A stretch of DNA of 64,000 nt from assembly GCA_051942205.1 (NCBI GenBank), contig JAVECO010000116.1:1-64000 (forward strand). Reading direction: 5' to 3'. The notes below the pieces were generated by a model, which saw nothing but the letters and a program-made list of their open reading frames with translations, did not search any database and was not told the origin of the DNA. Shown one piece after another: positions 1-12,908 of the stretch. Numbering within the stretch: position 1 is the first letter of the stretch; each line of letters opens with the position of its first letter. Made by a program: the position numbers and the translations under genes. The stretch comes from Coniocarpon cinnabarinum. Taxonomy: Eukaryota.

Positions 1-228
1 ACTTGCTACTTAACTTGCTACTTAACTTGCTACTTAACTTGCTACTTAACTTGCTACTTAACTTGCTACTTAACTTGCTACTTAACTTGCTACTTAACTT
101 GCTACTTAACTTGCTACTTAACTTGCTACTTAACTTACTGCTTAACTTACTGCTTAACTTACTGCTTAACTTGCTGCTTAACTTGCTGCTTGACTTGCTG
201 CTTGACTTGCTGCTTGAATTGCTGCATA
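1..228. repeat. 12-bp tandem repeat (ACTTGCTACTTA and variants), ~19 units, runs off the window start
   Basis: ACTTGCTACTTA x11 (1-132), ACTTACTGCTTA x3, ACTTGCTGCTTA x1, ACTTGCTGCTTG x3, then one degenerate unit. Confidence 0.97.
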
Positions 229-364
229 ACTTGAGGAGAGTAGGTGAGAGGGTAGGTGATAAATGCAGTAACGCAGATATAGTAATGCTGTGTTCTACAT
301 TTCCTCGAAAATAATACGTCAAGATGGTCAGACTCACGCAAAGAAGAGTAACCTCACTGATGTC

Positions 365-580
365 TCATATCAATCTCGCTATCAATCTCATATCAATCCT
401 ACTATCAATCCCGCTATCAATCCTGCTGTCAACCCCGCTATCAACCCCGCTATCAACCCAACTCATCAAACCTACTAATTAATCCTACTAATCAATCCCG
501 CTATCAGTCCCGCTCATCAATCCTAATAATCAATCCAACGAATCAATCCCGCTATCCATCCAACGAATCAATCTAACGAA
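365..580. repeat. Degenerate 12-bp minisatellite (TATCAATCCCGC-like)
   Basis: Recurrent atcaatcc/atcaaccc units such as tatcaatcccgc, tgtcaaccccgc and tatcaaccccgc. Confidence 0.85.
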
Positions 581-1223
581 ACAAACGACCATAATAACAT
601 ACCCAACAACAAAATACAACAACGTACCCAACACAACTTCACAAAACAGACTTAAACTCCCACAAACAAAAAAAGACAATCACCCATTTCTCCTCCCATT
701 TCTCGTCCCAATCCTACCATTAAAATCCAGACCTAGACAAAGTTGAAATCCAGATCTAGATCCAGACACCGATTACAACAACAGTAATGGAATAAAGCAC
801 AGTCCAACCAAAACACGACTCAGAAGCTGAGACATACATACAACGGGCTGTTTTTGTCATCAATGATGACCTCACTCACCTGCATTTTTGACTCTCTTAA
901 TCTACTGAACGCTGCAAATAGAACGCTGCGAACAGTAGATACCACCCGAAGATGAGACGTTAGTATGAATCGATGAATCAAATAGCCTCGTCCCTGCAGC
1001 ATCACCACAGCATAAAATCAACGAAATATCCATCAAACCTCGAAAATCACGACAAACAATCATCACACCCATTTCACTCACTAAACGAGCTGCTCAAGCT
1101 CACATTGAAATCATTCACCACAGCACACGCCCCAATCAATTGACACCCGAATCCCCAAAGAAACAAAAGCAACCCACATCAAAAGCAAAAACTTTCATTC
1201 AATTCACTACTCAAAAGAACTAC

Positions 1224-2744
1224 TCATTCCTCCTCCTCCATCCGCCGCACCCGCGCAGCACCCAAACCCCCCTGACTGCTCGACCACGGGAACCGAAACC
1301 CCCGCAACTCCAGCAACTCGTCCTCATCCGCGCGACTCACCGGCTCCGCCCTCTGCTCCGGCGAAGCAGCGGTGCCCTTAGGCGACTCATCGCCCAGGAC
1401 GGGAGCGCGAAAATCCGCGATAGCCGCTCCACGGCGCAAATTGGGAAATGGAAACATGAACTGCGTGGGCTCCATGAGTGGTTCAGGGGTGCGGGAGCCA
1501 AGAGCAGAACTGGAGTGCCGAGATGCGGATGAAGGGGCGCGATGGGAGACGTGTGGGCGCGCCGTTGGCGTGTTTTCGTGAGGGATTTGGTGCGGTTTGG
1601 GCTGGTCTTGCTCCTGGCAGCGACGTGCATTCTCAGTCCGCATGGCTTGGGAACGAATGCGCTGGAATTCGAGGTAATCGTCGCGTTCGGCGGCTGTGGG
1701 ATGGTCCAGAGCTGCGCGCATGGGGCGTTGGATGTTGCTAGTGATGCGGGAGAGCACTACAGTGTCGATGGCTTGATTGTTGTAGAGACGGTGAGACCAT
1801 TTTGTGGTTACATAGCTCAATTTGACGGGTTAGTGGTGGCCTGTTGAGAGGAACTAGGTCAAGGACACTCACAGTCCGTCGTAGCGAATGCCCAGGGAAG
1901 GCGCATAGTCGGATTTGACTGTGTAAGAGCGCAGCACACGGATGTGGGCCTTCTCAGGGAGCATAGCGGCGAGCAGGCGTGGGCGGCCCTCGTCTTGGTG
2001 GCGAATCTGATAGCTGAATTCGAGGAGATTATGGTCTTTGACAATATCGTGAATTGTGAGCACTATTGCGTAGCTGTGGCCGTTGTCAGACAGTGTTGTA
2101 TCATTTAAGGCAGGAGAGCACCCATACGATCAACTTACCATCCTTCAGAATCGTACGTCAGGCCCCCTTTTGGGTCACCCGAAGAGATAATGCCGTCGTG
2201 ATACGCAAAGACTGGATGAATCCACCACGCGCCTGGCTTGAAGCCACAATTGCCCGGCTGCTTGGCCACTTCAGGATTTACGACAAGGTTCCTTTCGTTT
2301 TGCCAATTGTTGATCATGGCCCTCCAGGACGTGTCCTCTGGCTTGCAGATTCCGTACAGCCTTCCGCTTTTGCCGTACAACTCAACCCCAATGTTTCTAA
2401 GGTCGCCATACTCAAGCAACCACATTCTAAGCACGTCCTGTACTAGCTTGATGAGGGCAGGGGGCCAGAGCTTTGCGGATTCGAGGATTTCAAGCATGGC
2501 CAAATGGATTCGCGAGCGTTTGAGAATCGATTTTCCAAGCGAGACGGTCTCCAGACGCGTGAATAGAGCATGAAGCTGGGCGACATCGTTTTCGTCGGGG
2601 CAGCTGCGGAGTCGCCCTTTTAGCTCGCTTCGAGCGTCATTGAGTGGCAAACACTTACATGTGCACGAGCTCATCACGGATGCGTGCTGCCCTCAGGCGC
2701 AGTTCGCTTTCAATGATGCCCACATGGGCCAGCTCACGAGCCAT
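1224..2744 (-). CDS. SRA/YDG-domain protein, 4 exons (start uncertain)
   Basis: Introns 2658-2604, 2138-2074 and 1872-1816 join four ORF pieces in frame. The product has PGNCGFKPGAWW..., GCYAIVLT and IRVLRSYTVKSDYAPSLGIRYDGLY, typical SRA motifs. Confidence 0.75.
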
Positions 2745-3245
2745 ACTGCTTGACGAGAGTGTTGTGAGAGGTTTCTTGAGGGTAAAATGTCCCGAGAGAG
2801 GTTGGAATTGGGAGGCAGCGCTAGCAGGTGAGGAAGGGGGCACCACCTCTCACCGGTCACTACGCGACCAAACTGCCATCCAGGCCACGCACGTCGTCTG
2901 CACGGCAACATGCTCATGTAAACACGCACAACGTGCCCCGCACACATAGTCCATGAACTTCTTCGCACCAGCACTGCCAAATTGTGAGCCTTGTGAGTGT
3001 CCACACTTGCGCGATATAAGACTGTGTCATCTTGTCGACAAGCCATGGGTATTTATCATGCAAGAGCCATATGCGTGCCGTAACAAGACATTTGAAAGTT
3101 TTGACAGCTGCAGGCGGATTGGATGCTTGGATGCTCGATCTCTTCGCGAGATTCGGATTTTCCCTCATCGCCGCTGCATTGCCAACAGATGATGATAATG
3201 TGTGCAATGAGAGCGCGCTTCGCTCTTGGGCCTATCAGCCCTCAT

Positions 3246-4060
3246 TCACCACCGGCCTCGCCCTCTTCCGTAGCCGCCTCCACCCCTGAACGGCGGACCC
3301 TCTGGCACACGCTCACCTCTTCGCCACTCCCCGGTAGGAACGCCATCGTCCGGTCCGGGCCCACGATACCCACCGCCCCTACCACCTCTGCCATAATACC
3401 CATTCTCTCGAGGTGGCCTCACGTCACCAAAACGTCGAGGCGGCGGTCCCCCATAGCCGCCTCTGCCAACCGCGATCGAGGGAGGTGGCGGCGCAACTTC
3501 GCCATTTGAGAGCGGTGGCAGGATGGCGCAGCTGACCCAGTCACCAACCACAAATTTGAAATCTTGAAGCGTCTGTTCTGAGTCGTCATCTTGCACCCCA
3601 ATGAAGTCGCCGTTGAGCGCGCCGCTTCTACTACCTATCGAAGAGCCGACAATGACGCTGCCCATTTCTTTGGCTGCATACCTCCCGGGCGCATCAGGCG
3701 TCCGTGGAGCCGAGCGCATGTCTGGGTACACTAGCCGAAAAGCAATTCGATGGCCGGCGGCTGTGGATTCGAATGACTGGGGCAATGTGGACGTGAGAAG
3801 AGTGGATAGCTCACGCAGTGAGCAGTTTGGCCATGTGTAAATCTGGAGGTATGAAGAGGGTTGGCGCGTTGGTGTGAATTCGTCGATTCTACTCGTGGAC
3901 AGTCAGCTTGCAAAGAACAGGAGGAAGGAACTAAAAGCGCCGAGGCGCAAGTGGAATCTCATTCGTTCATTGTGTTCACATACTTGTGGAAATCGTTCGA
4001 TCTATAGAACAGCTTCAAGAGAAACGGCGTGGTAGATTGGCGGTCAATTTTGCCAGCCAT
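3246..4060 (-). CDS. SAP18: Sin3-associated polypeptide SAP18 with RGG tail, 2 exons
   Basis: MAGKIDRQSTTPFLLKLFY, intron 3983-3889, then LQIYTWPNCSLRELSTLL, RIAFRLVYPD and TLQDFKFVVGDWVSCAI. Confidence 0.9.
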
Positions 4061-4729
4061 AATGTATGCTAATGGCGACTGGATTGCTCCTTCGCTAACG
4101 AAGGACACGATGAAGTTGCCAAAGACTAACGCTCATTCGCGACGATTGCTATGAGACGTTTGATGGAGACTCTACCTGCTCGAGCTACCGGCTGTTGCGT
4201 CCTGGACAACGGCACCACCCAATGGGAGGCGCAAGTTAGTGTAAGACAAGATCCAGGCGATGAACAGCGCTTTCCGAGGTTATGTAATGCTCAGCCTAGC
4301 AAAAGAGCATGCACATAAGTGTCAACTACCTAGCAGAAGACATTTGCAGTTGTGACGCAAGGCGAAGTGACAGCCATACTATATCCTAACCCTAATTACA
4401 GAAGATGCACGTGATCCTTAAGTTGTGGTGCTGAAGACTTGCAAGAATACTACCTAGCTTGACCAGATGGCATAGGGCTGGGATCCATAGTCTCAACGCA
4501 ACAGAGAGACTGTAGGTAGATCAGCCAATGTCAGACATTATCTAGTGGTATCACTTCTGTGCACATTACTCCCACCGTGCCATTATTGAGAAGGCCCAAA
4601 GGCCCAGGGAGTTTTCGTTCGGCGCGAATCTTACCCTCCTTCTTATAACGCCGCGCTTATGCTCAATCCTAATGTACACTACCAAGGGGCTCGTTTCGTC
4701 ATCGGTCGTCGAGTTTGGCAACAAATGCT

Positions 4730-7700
4730 CTAAAATGCTGACCGCATCCGCATGTCAATGATCTTCTTTTCGATTTCGGGTATCGACTTCTCCACTTCTC
4801 CAGAGATGCGCTGTTTCCACTCGTCGTTGAGCAAAAAGAAGCGTTCAACAAGATCTCCATCAATACAGCCCTTGACTGGAGCGTAGTAACATCGATACAG
4901 TAAATGATCTCTTCCGAGGAGATTTGGCTCTGCCATTCGCATGCAGCGCTCCAAGTCCATAAAAAATTGAATGTCATCGCGCATGGCGAACGGCACCACT
5001 GCGCCAATAGTGCCCTGTAGACCGGTCCAGACTACAATATCGAGCCCTCCTGGCTGGAGCTGGGTTTTGTGAATGCTCATGGGAATGTCGTTGAGGAAGA
5101 AGTGGCCCGCGAGATTCAGCCGGTGAGGAGTACCACCCAAGAAGGACTTCAAATGCTGAATAACGAGGCCTCCGTTGTCCTGGTCAACCTCGTCGCTAAT
5201 ATCCTTGGGACAGCGCACGAGGAAGAGGTTGCCAAATTTGTCACCTGCTGCGACGGTCTCGTAATCGACCATGGTCATGCAAGTAGCCCATCGTGAGCAT
5301 ACATCATCAGCAAATGGTGTGAGCTCGTTCTGGACCGGGTCATATTTCATAAACGTTATGGATTCTTTCTGATCCGCAATGATGATGCGCGAGCCTTGTG
5401 ACTCGAGGGCAACAATAGTAGTGGCGGCAGCGCGGGGTCTCCAACACTTGCGTAAGAGTTTGCGCATTCCCACGTCGTATATGTAGACCGCTGCACCAAT
5501 GCCAGCAAGTAAGCGGCCCTGGAAAGCGAGCAATGCTGTAGGAGGCTCCTCAAACGCAGTTTTGTGGAGAAATTCAAACTCCGGTGGTTTCATATCTTCG
5601 TTATCTGGGTCGGATGGAGGATCGTCTCGCACGCGGTAGAGATGGATGAAGCCAGAGCTGGCGCCACGCGGCATCAGCGACCGATCCTTTGCAGTGGCGA
5701 CGAACAAAAACTGCTCTGAATCTTGAGAAACGATAGGCGCAAAGCAACAGGTGACGGCCGATTCATTCTCAGTCAGCTCAAGCTGCGCAAGAACTCTCTG
5801 TTTGAGCGGATCCACGACTGACACGACTGAAGCCCACTGACCGGGAAGTCGAGGGTTGGACGCGCGTTCGCGCTTCTGCACCTGAGTATCCCCATCGGCG
5901 TCATCTTCTTGATCTACCTCCATCGCCGCGTCGCCATCTTCATTCGTTTCTGCCTTATCTTCGTCGTCAACGTGACCGTTTGTGACGGTGCCGTTTGCTT
6001 TGCTTTGATCCTCAATGGTCTTCTGAGCTGAAGGCGGCATTGTGTTCGGGTCTGCTTGCACCACGACATAATGAGCGGTGTCTGGGACGCGCGCTAGCGC
6101 ACGAGGTGTGTACTGAAGTGGTGTCGACAGCGTTAACAAATGGTTGTCCACGCTTGGTACGGTTAGGAGACTGTTGCTCGAGTCAGCCGCAATGTCCACA
6201 TAACGATGCAGAGAAAGAGTGCGAGGATACGAGTGTCAGTAGGAACAATTGGAAAAAAATAAGATCACCAGCGCCTGGTGGCGTATGTTTTCAACAACGA
6301 TTGATGTCATCACACAGAAGTGACAAGGGGCAAAGGAAATTGACTTACCAAAGTGTGGCACCTTGAAGCCCAACGATGCCATCTGGTTGGTTCTCCATAC
6401 TCAAGCGTCGGCCATGGTCAAGAGGGGGATAATCCAAGGGTGTAACTTTCATGGTTTTGTTCTGTGGGTCAGGATATATAAGCCACGTGCGGGCGCTCAT
6501 GGCGAGTAGAACTTCTTGATCTGAAACAGTCACAACGCTCAGTGAGACTGCCCGGGGCCCGAGGAATCGAGTGTGAGAATTGGATAATTTCCCAGAACGC
6601 TCGTCTATCGCTGTGCGGATGTACACGCCGCTACGAAGACCTATGTGCAAGAAGAGCGTTACGCGACCGGTTGCATCCTCCATGGGCAGAATTTGCAGGG
6701 CAGTAGGGGGCGACGTGACTGCTTGAACTGATAGCTGATCGAGTGTGCTTGAGACGTCTGTTGTCAGGATGCGCACCGTCTGGTCGGCGCATCCTACGGC
6801 CAGGAACTTACTACGCACGTTACCGACAGGGATCTTGCCGAAGCTGAGACAAGTGATCGAACCTGGAATCTCTGGATGAAAGTCTTCGAGCTCGCCCAAC
6901 GTGCCGCTGTCTTCGTCAAGCTCAAAGTAAATCAATTCGCCCGAGCTGAGGGCGAGCGCAATCTGCCTCTCATTAGTCGCTGCTGCGGCGACAGTCCGCA
7001 CGTTCGGAGCCTCCCAATCATCGCACGATCCGTTTGGTTTGATGACACGGATTCCACGCGTATGAATTTGCACCACGTCGTTATTGGCCAAAAGTTGAAC
7101 GGCAATAGTGTGGGCTCGCTCCAGAAAGTGAGAGTCTTCAGGACCGACCTCTTCGATGCTCTCTTTCTCTGGATCGATCTGAAGAGTCAACGTGCTGTTA
7201 GGATATGCCATAACCACCCAAGAATCGTGCTCGTCTTCCTGTCGAAGCTTGGTGGTCCAGACCCCGGTCGGTACGCCTCCTGCGCCTCCCAGGCCGCCAC
7301 GGGAACGCTCATTGACCGCAAGTCCGTTTTTCGTCACCTTCAAAGAGCTCCTGGCACCCGTACCGCAAGCTGAGACGATTTGGGGCGGCTCGCCCGGGTT
7401 CAGTCTGGCAATGTGTGACGCTATTGTTGGATTGCTCTTTTCGAAGTTCTGTTGTAATTCAACGTGGCCTTGATCTTCAGGAAAATCAAAATACACCGGT
7501 TCAGGAGCTTCCTTAAAGTCCTTAAGATCCTGACTTTTGTGAGCCTCATTCGACTCCCCAAGGTCCATGAGCGCATAGAGGCACTGATCCCCGGACTCGC
7601 TGGCGCAATATAAGTATGCCGTTTTGGTCAAACAAATTACCGATGCGACCGGAATAGTAGCAAAGTACTGAACGATGAGCTGCTGGACAATGCCATCTGT

Positions 7701-8714
7701 GCCGACGTCGAGTGTCACACGAAAGAGGTCACCATCATCGGTCTGCAGAATCACGAAGAAGGCTCCTTTGGACTTTGGCGTGACACCTGCAACGATCCTG
7801 CGCTGGCGATTGGGATCTTCTAGCGGCCCTTTCCTTCGCGGAATGGCGATTCGAGGGACTGGGTCCACCTGTGCAGTTTGCGTGCTGTGACGATAGGTGA
7901 TACTGTCGACACCACAGACCAGGACCCCGCCAGGACCGTCTTTACCTCCGGGAACTTGATAGAGCGCATGCGCCGTGCGATCTACAGCGTCCCACCACTT
8001 ACGCGTCACATGGTTCAACCCAAGGTCCAGCTCATAGTATACCAACTCTTTCTGAACCTCATCCTTGGCCAGGTCGAGGTCATCCTCGTCACATTCTGTG
8101 TAATCCAGCTCTAGAGCCGCAAAGATTGGGTTCTCATAACCTGTGTCAAGGGCGGTAAGAGCAAACGTCAGAGTCCGTGGCTTGTGAGCCTCCAGCGGGG
8201 ACGAAATTGTGAGGTTGCCTTTTGCATCGCGATTGAGAAAGTAGATGATCTTGTTCTTCTCCACCGATGCCAACATGCATGCCCGTCCGCGAGGGTCGAC
8301 AGCAAGATACTCCCCCGGCACCGCGCGCCGGACACCTGATTGCCCGAATGTCTCGAGATGGTTGCGCTGCCACCGTTTCTGGTCTGGCATCCACTCCAGC
8401 GTTGCGATTCGGCCTGTATCTGCACCGATCACCAAATATTCTTTGGCCGAGCCAGCAATCTTGTAGGTTCCGAGTGACCGCACCACCGCGAAAACATTCT
8501 GAGAGTGTATCTCCACCAGAGTGCCCTTGAGCAAGTCACCAATCATGACCTCTGCCGTCCTGTACAGGGTCAGGCGCGAGCCCGTTGCCGTGACCAGCAG
8601 CTGGTCCCGCTGACCGCCACCAGCGAAGTTTCCAACGACCGCACATCTCACCGCGGAGGGGGCCTGCAGAGTCAGCGAGTAGAGGTGCAGATTTGAAATG
8701 GTGACCGACGCCAT
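4730..8714 (-). CDS. RSE1: Pre-mRNA splicing factor Rse1/SF3B3, 2 exons
   Basis: LHLYSLTLQ, ETFGQSGVRRAVPGEYLAVDPRGRACM, ISSPLEAHK, YYELDLGLNHV, GRDHLLYRCYYAPVKGCIDGDL. Intron 6348-6171 restores the frame. Confidence 0.95.
6232..6316 (-). ncRNA. Intronic box C/D snoRNA, predicted guide for 18S rRNA 2'-O-methylation (snR41/SNORD62-like target)
   Basis: C box GTGATGA (6313-6307), D box CTGA (6239-6236), GTG/CAC terminal stem. A 13-nt element 5' of the D box is antisense to the recalled 18S sequence AGGAACAATTGGA. Confidence 0.8.
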
Positions 8715-9066
8715 TGTGCTGAAGGATTTGACAATCAAGGGAACGACTGGATGAGCCCTAAGCAGGCACGATCATTTTTCACGGACCCAAAGCAAGGATT
8801 GTCACGGAGAGCTACTCGTACTTCACGCACCAAGCTCTGCCTGCAAGCAAAGTCAATCTAGGTGAGCATAAGGTTGATGATATCTCCGGGTACCCTGCCG
8901 CGGACGTTTAGCGCCAGTGCTCTGACTCGGGCGAGCTAATCCAAAACGCGTCATTTTGCAGCGCCCGCTGTCTCACAAACTCGACTGTTCCACATACACA
9001 TTCCCGCTGGAGGCGCCTTGCTCCTCTCCTCCCACCTGCGTCCTGCGCTGGCTAAATACACTCCTC

Positions 9067-12000
9067 ATGGATGAGAATCATCCTAGTGTTCACAAACGCG
9101 GAAAGTCAGGCATCGCTCGCTCTCTGCTTTCACGCGCATCCAACAACAAACCAGAGCTCGACACCAATGGCAACACCATGAACCCGACCAGATCCGCATC
9201 TCCATCCACCAGACTTGAACCTGGCTCACCGTTGTCTCAATCGACTTCACTCCAGGATTTGCCAGCGCGACCTCCGCCTCCCGCCTCGACCTCCTCTGCG
9301 CCGCCATCCATCGAGCAGTCGGTCAAGCTCTTTCGCATCTATGAAGCCTTGCGCAAGGGCGACACCGCTGCCATCACCAAGGCGATCAGAGATGAGTCAT
9401 CCTCCAGTCCGATCGAGGCTCGCCGGGGCAGCGCCACGAGCGCGACTGGTGCCTCTGGGACTTCTCTGGAAGGCACCACGCTTCTCCACCTCGCTGTCCA
9501 ATGTGCGGATGTCCCGGTGATTGAGTACGTCTTGGGAACTTCGCCTGGCGCGATTGACATCAATGGCCGTGACAAAGATGGCAACACACCTCTGCACATA
9601 GCCTCCAGTCTGACACGAGGCCCTGTTGTCCGCTTGCTGCTTGATCAGCCGGGCGTTAATGATACTATCGCAAACTATCAGGGCAAGACTGCATTGGATC
9701 TGGCAAAGACACCAGAAGTTTTTCAACAGCTTCAGCTCGCGCGATCGATGTACGTGGATGACCACATCAAGCAGATGCACCAGCTCGTCGCCTCTGGCGG
9801 CTATCAGGGCGTCGAGAAGCTGCTCATGGACCCTCACTTTCAGAGCGCAATTGATGTCAATGGCGGAGAGTTGGCCACTGACGCAGAAACGACACGAAGC
9901 GGAGGCACTTTGCTACACGAAGCTGCCCGTAAGAAGGATGGCAAGCTCATCGAAGTTCTGCTCCTGAATGGCGCCGACCCCTTTCGACGCGATCGAAAAG
10001 GGAAGTTGCCGCAAGATGTGACGAAAGATGATCGCATTCGCGGCTTGCTGAAGAAATCGCCGGCCGCTGCAGTCGCTCAAAGAGGCATTCAAGAGAAGAC
10101 GATACTCGGCACCAGTGGCAGCCAGGCCACCGTATCAGGCGGAGCCGAAAGCAATGTTGGAGGAAAGGAAGCTCGAGAGATGAAAGGGTACCTCAAAAAA
10201 TGGACAAACTATACCTCTGGCTACAAGCTGCGCTGGTTCGTTCTCGAGGACGGCGTGATGAGCTATTACAAACACCAAGGTAAATCTTAAAGCTAATACA
10301 AACGCTGAGCATCGTGCTTATTACTGCAGATGACGCTGGCTCAGCTTGCCGTGGAGCCATCAACATGCGGATTGCGCGCCTGCACATGGACGCGACCGAC
10401 AAGCTACGCTTTGAAATCCATGGCAAGTCATCAGTCAAGTATCATCTCAAAGCGAACCACCAAGTTGAAGCCAAACGCTGGTTTTGGGCCTTGAACAATG
10501 CTATTCAATGGACGAAAGACGAGGCACGCGAGGAGCAGAAGCGCACAGCGCGCAGTGCTGAGATCATGCGCCAGGCAAAGACAAGTCACGTCGATCGCCT
10601 GCAGCCACGTGACTCCGACGACACTTCTGCTCGTGCCTCACACAAGTCACTTGACAAGCTGGTGTCCTCGTCATCCGTGACGCTCGCGCGATCCGTTACT
10701 GATGACGATGACGGCAACAAGAGCGTTGGTGAGCCAAGTGTGATGGGAGATGACTATAGCAAACACTTGAAGACTGAGGGCACAGTGGCCATGGAACAAG
10801 AAGCAGATGACGAAGAGGAGTATGGCGACGACGCTAGCAGCGTAGAAGCGCAGCCGGTGAATCGGGATGCGTTCATGATTGCAGCCCAGTCGGCACGCTT
10901 GCAGCTTGATCTTCTGTCACAGATAACCCTCGCCCTGCAGCGTGAAAGATCAGGGAACGAAGACATGTCGCTTTCGGATCCAACCGTCACACAAGCGCTT
11001 GCCTCTTATGAGGCAGCCATCGCCAACCTCAGAGGATTGATTGGCGACCTCGGACGGATTGGGCGGGACCGGGAAGCATACTGGCATTATCGCCTTGAGC
11101 AAGAAATCAACATGCGCCGCATCTGGGAGGATAGCATGGCCAAGGTAGCCAAGGATCAAGAAGAGCTGGAGAAACAGATGTACGAATCAGAAGAAAAGCG
11201 GAAGAGGACTAAACGTGCGCTGAAGGATGCGCTGGAGGGCCATGTCGCAGGCGCTCAGGACGCAGTATCGAGCCGAGTTCAGTTTAAAGAAGCAGTGATG
11301 AGTGTCGACGCCAATGTGCCTCCCACGGCTTCACCTCGCCCCTCATCGTCAGGTAGAGCACGAGCAGCGTCGAGCGCTCGCAAGATCTCTACAATTGAAG
11401 CCATCGCCGATATTTCTGATTCCGATTCCGACAACGACGAGGAGTTCTTCGACGCTGTTGGCGCGGGTGAGGTAGACGTCAAGGAAGAGATACCCGCTGA
11501 CGTCTCCAGTCCACCACCTCTAAACGAGTCTTTTGACAATGCCGCCACCAAGTTGCGCGCAGTAAAAGCCTCCCGCGTGGAGTCCTCGTACAAAGGCTAT
11601 GAGGAGCCAGTGCGTAAGCGTCTTAAGTTGGACGCTGACAATCGTCCCAGGATCTCGCTATGGGGCATACTCAAATCAATGATTGGAAAAGATATGACCA
11701 AAATGACTCTTCCTGTGTCGTTCAACGAACCTACGTCCCTCTTGTACCGCGTCGCCGAAGACATGGAGTACACCGATCTCTTGGATGTCGCAGCGGATCG
11801 CGCCGATTCCACGGAGCGGCTATTGTATGTCGCTGCGTTTGCTGCGAGCGAGTACGCGTCGACGATTGGCCGCGTCGCTAAGCCCTTCAACCCGTTGCTG
11901 GGGGAGACCTACGAATACGTGCGGCCTGACAAGGGCTTCCGCTTCATGGTTGAACAAGTCAGCCATCATCCTCCTGTGGGCGCCGCCTGGGCTGAATCTG

Positions 12001-12908
12001 CCAAGTGGGATTACTACGTAAGTCACGTGATGAATGAACGAGATGTCACTCGCCGCTAACTCGTCTGATAGGGCGAATCCGCAGTCAAGTCCAAATTTTA
12101 TGGAAAAGCATTTGATATCAATCCCTTAGGTACTTGGTTCCTCAAGCTTCGTCCGACTGCGTCTGTTGAGCCCACTGCGAATGGCGAGATACCTTCTACT
12201 GATCCACCTGAGGAATTGTACACGTGGAAGAAAGTCACCTCCTCTGTGATTGGCATCATCACCGGCACGCCGACAGTGGACAACTATGGACCTATGGAAA
12301 TCAAGAATCATACCACGGGCGAGACGTGCTTATTGGACTTCAAGCCCCGCGGCTGGAAGGCGTCTTCAGCTTATCAGGTCAGTGGCAAGGTCTTAGATCG
12401 CGACGGTCTACCACGCTGGAGCATCGGGGGCCGATGGAACGATAGAATCTACGCCCGGTTAACGCCTGGTTACGAGAGCGTCGTGGAAGCACCAGGTAAA
12501 TCTAAAGATGTAAACCAGGCATTTTTGGTGTGGGAGGCGCACGCTCGACCGCAGGGGATACCGTTCAATCTGACGCCGTTCGTGGTGACTTTGAACGCCT
12601 TGCCTGACACGCTGCGGCCATGGTTACCACCCACCGACTCCCGCCTGCGTCCAGACCAAAGGGCAATGGAAGACGGCGAGTACGACTTGGCGGCTACGGA
12701 AAAGAACCGGGTCGAAGAGAAGCAAAGAAGCAAGCGAAGAGAACGTGAAGCAGGTGGTGAAGAGTATGAGCCGAAGTGGTTCAAGAAGGCCCTCGAGCCA
12801 ACGACTGGAGAAGCGTACTGGGAAGTGCTGCGGACAGAGTCTGGTGGCGTTGACTATTGGGACAAGCGCGAGCGTGCGGAGTGGCAGCGGTGCGAGGGCA
12901 TATTCTGA
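9067..12908 (+). CDS. OSH1: Oxysterol-binding protein of Osh1/Osh2 type (ankyrin, PH, FFAT, ORD), 3 exons
   Basis: Ankyrin repeats (GNTPLHIA), PH ([21 protein letters not shown]), FFAT (EEFFDA), OSBP signature EQVSHHPP. Introns 10280-10329 and 12018-12071. Confidence 0.92.

Noticed and set aside
1..132. Possible telomere
   Set aside because: Not TTAGGG-like, and it grades into a TpG-containing ancestral unit.
3..314. Poly-LLLN ORF
   Set aside because: Artefact of translating the 12-bp repeat; no ATG.
860..910. ATGATGA..CTGA snoRNA-like motif with TGACTCTCTTAA
   Set aside because: Too short, and the rRNA-like match is sense rather than antisense.
4385..4395. CCTAACCCTAA telomere-like motif
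   Set aside because: Fewer than two full units; expected by chance.
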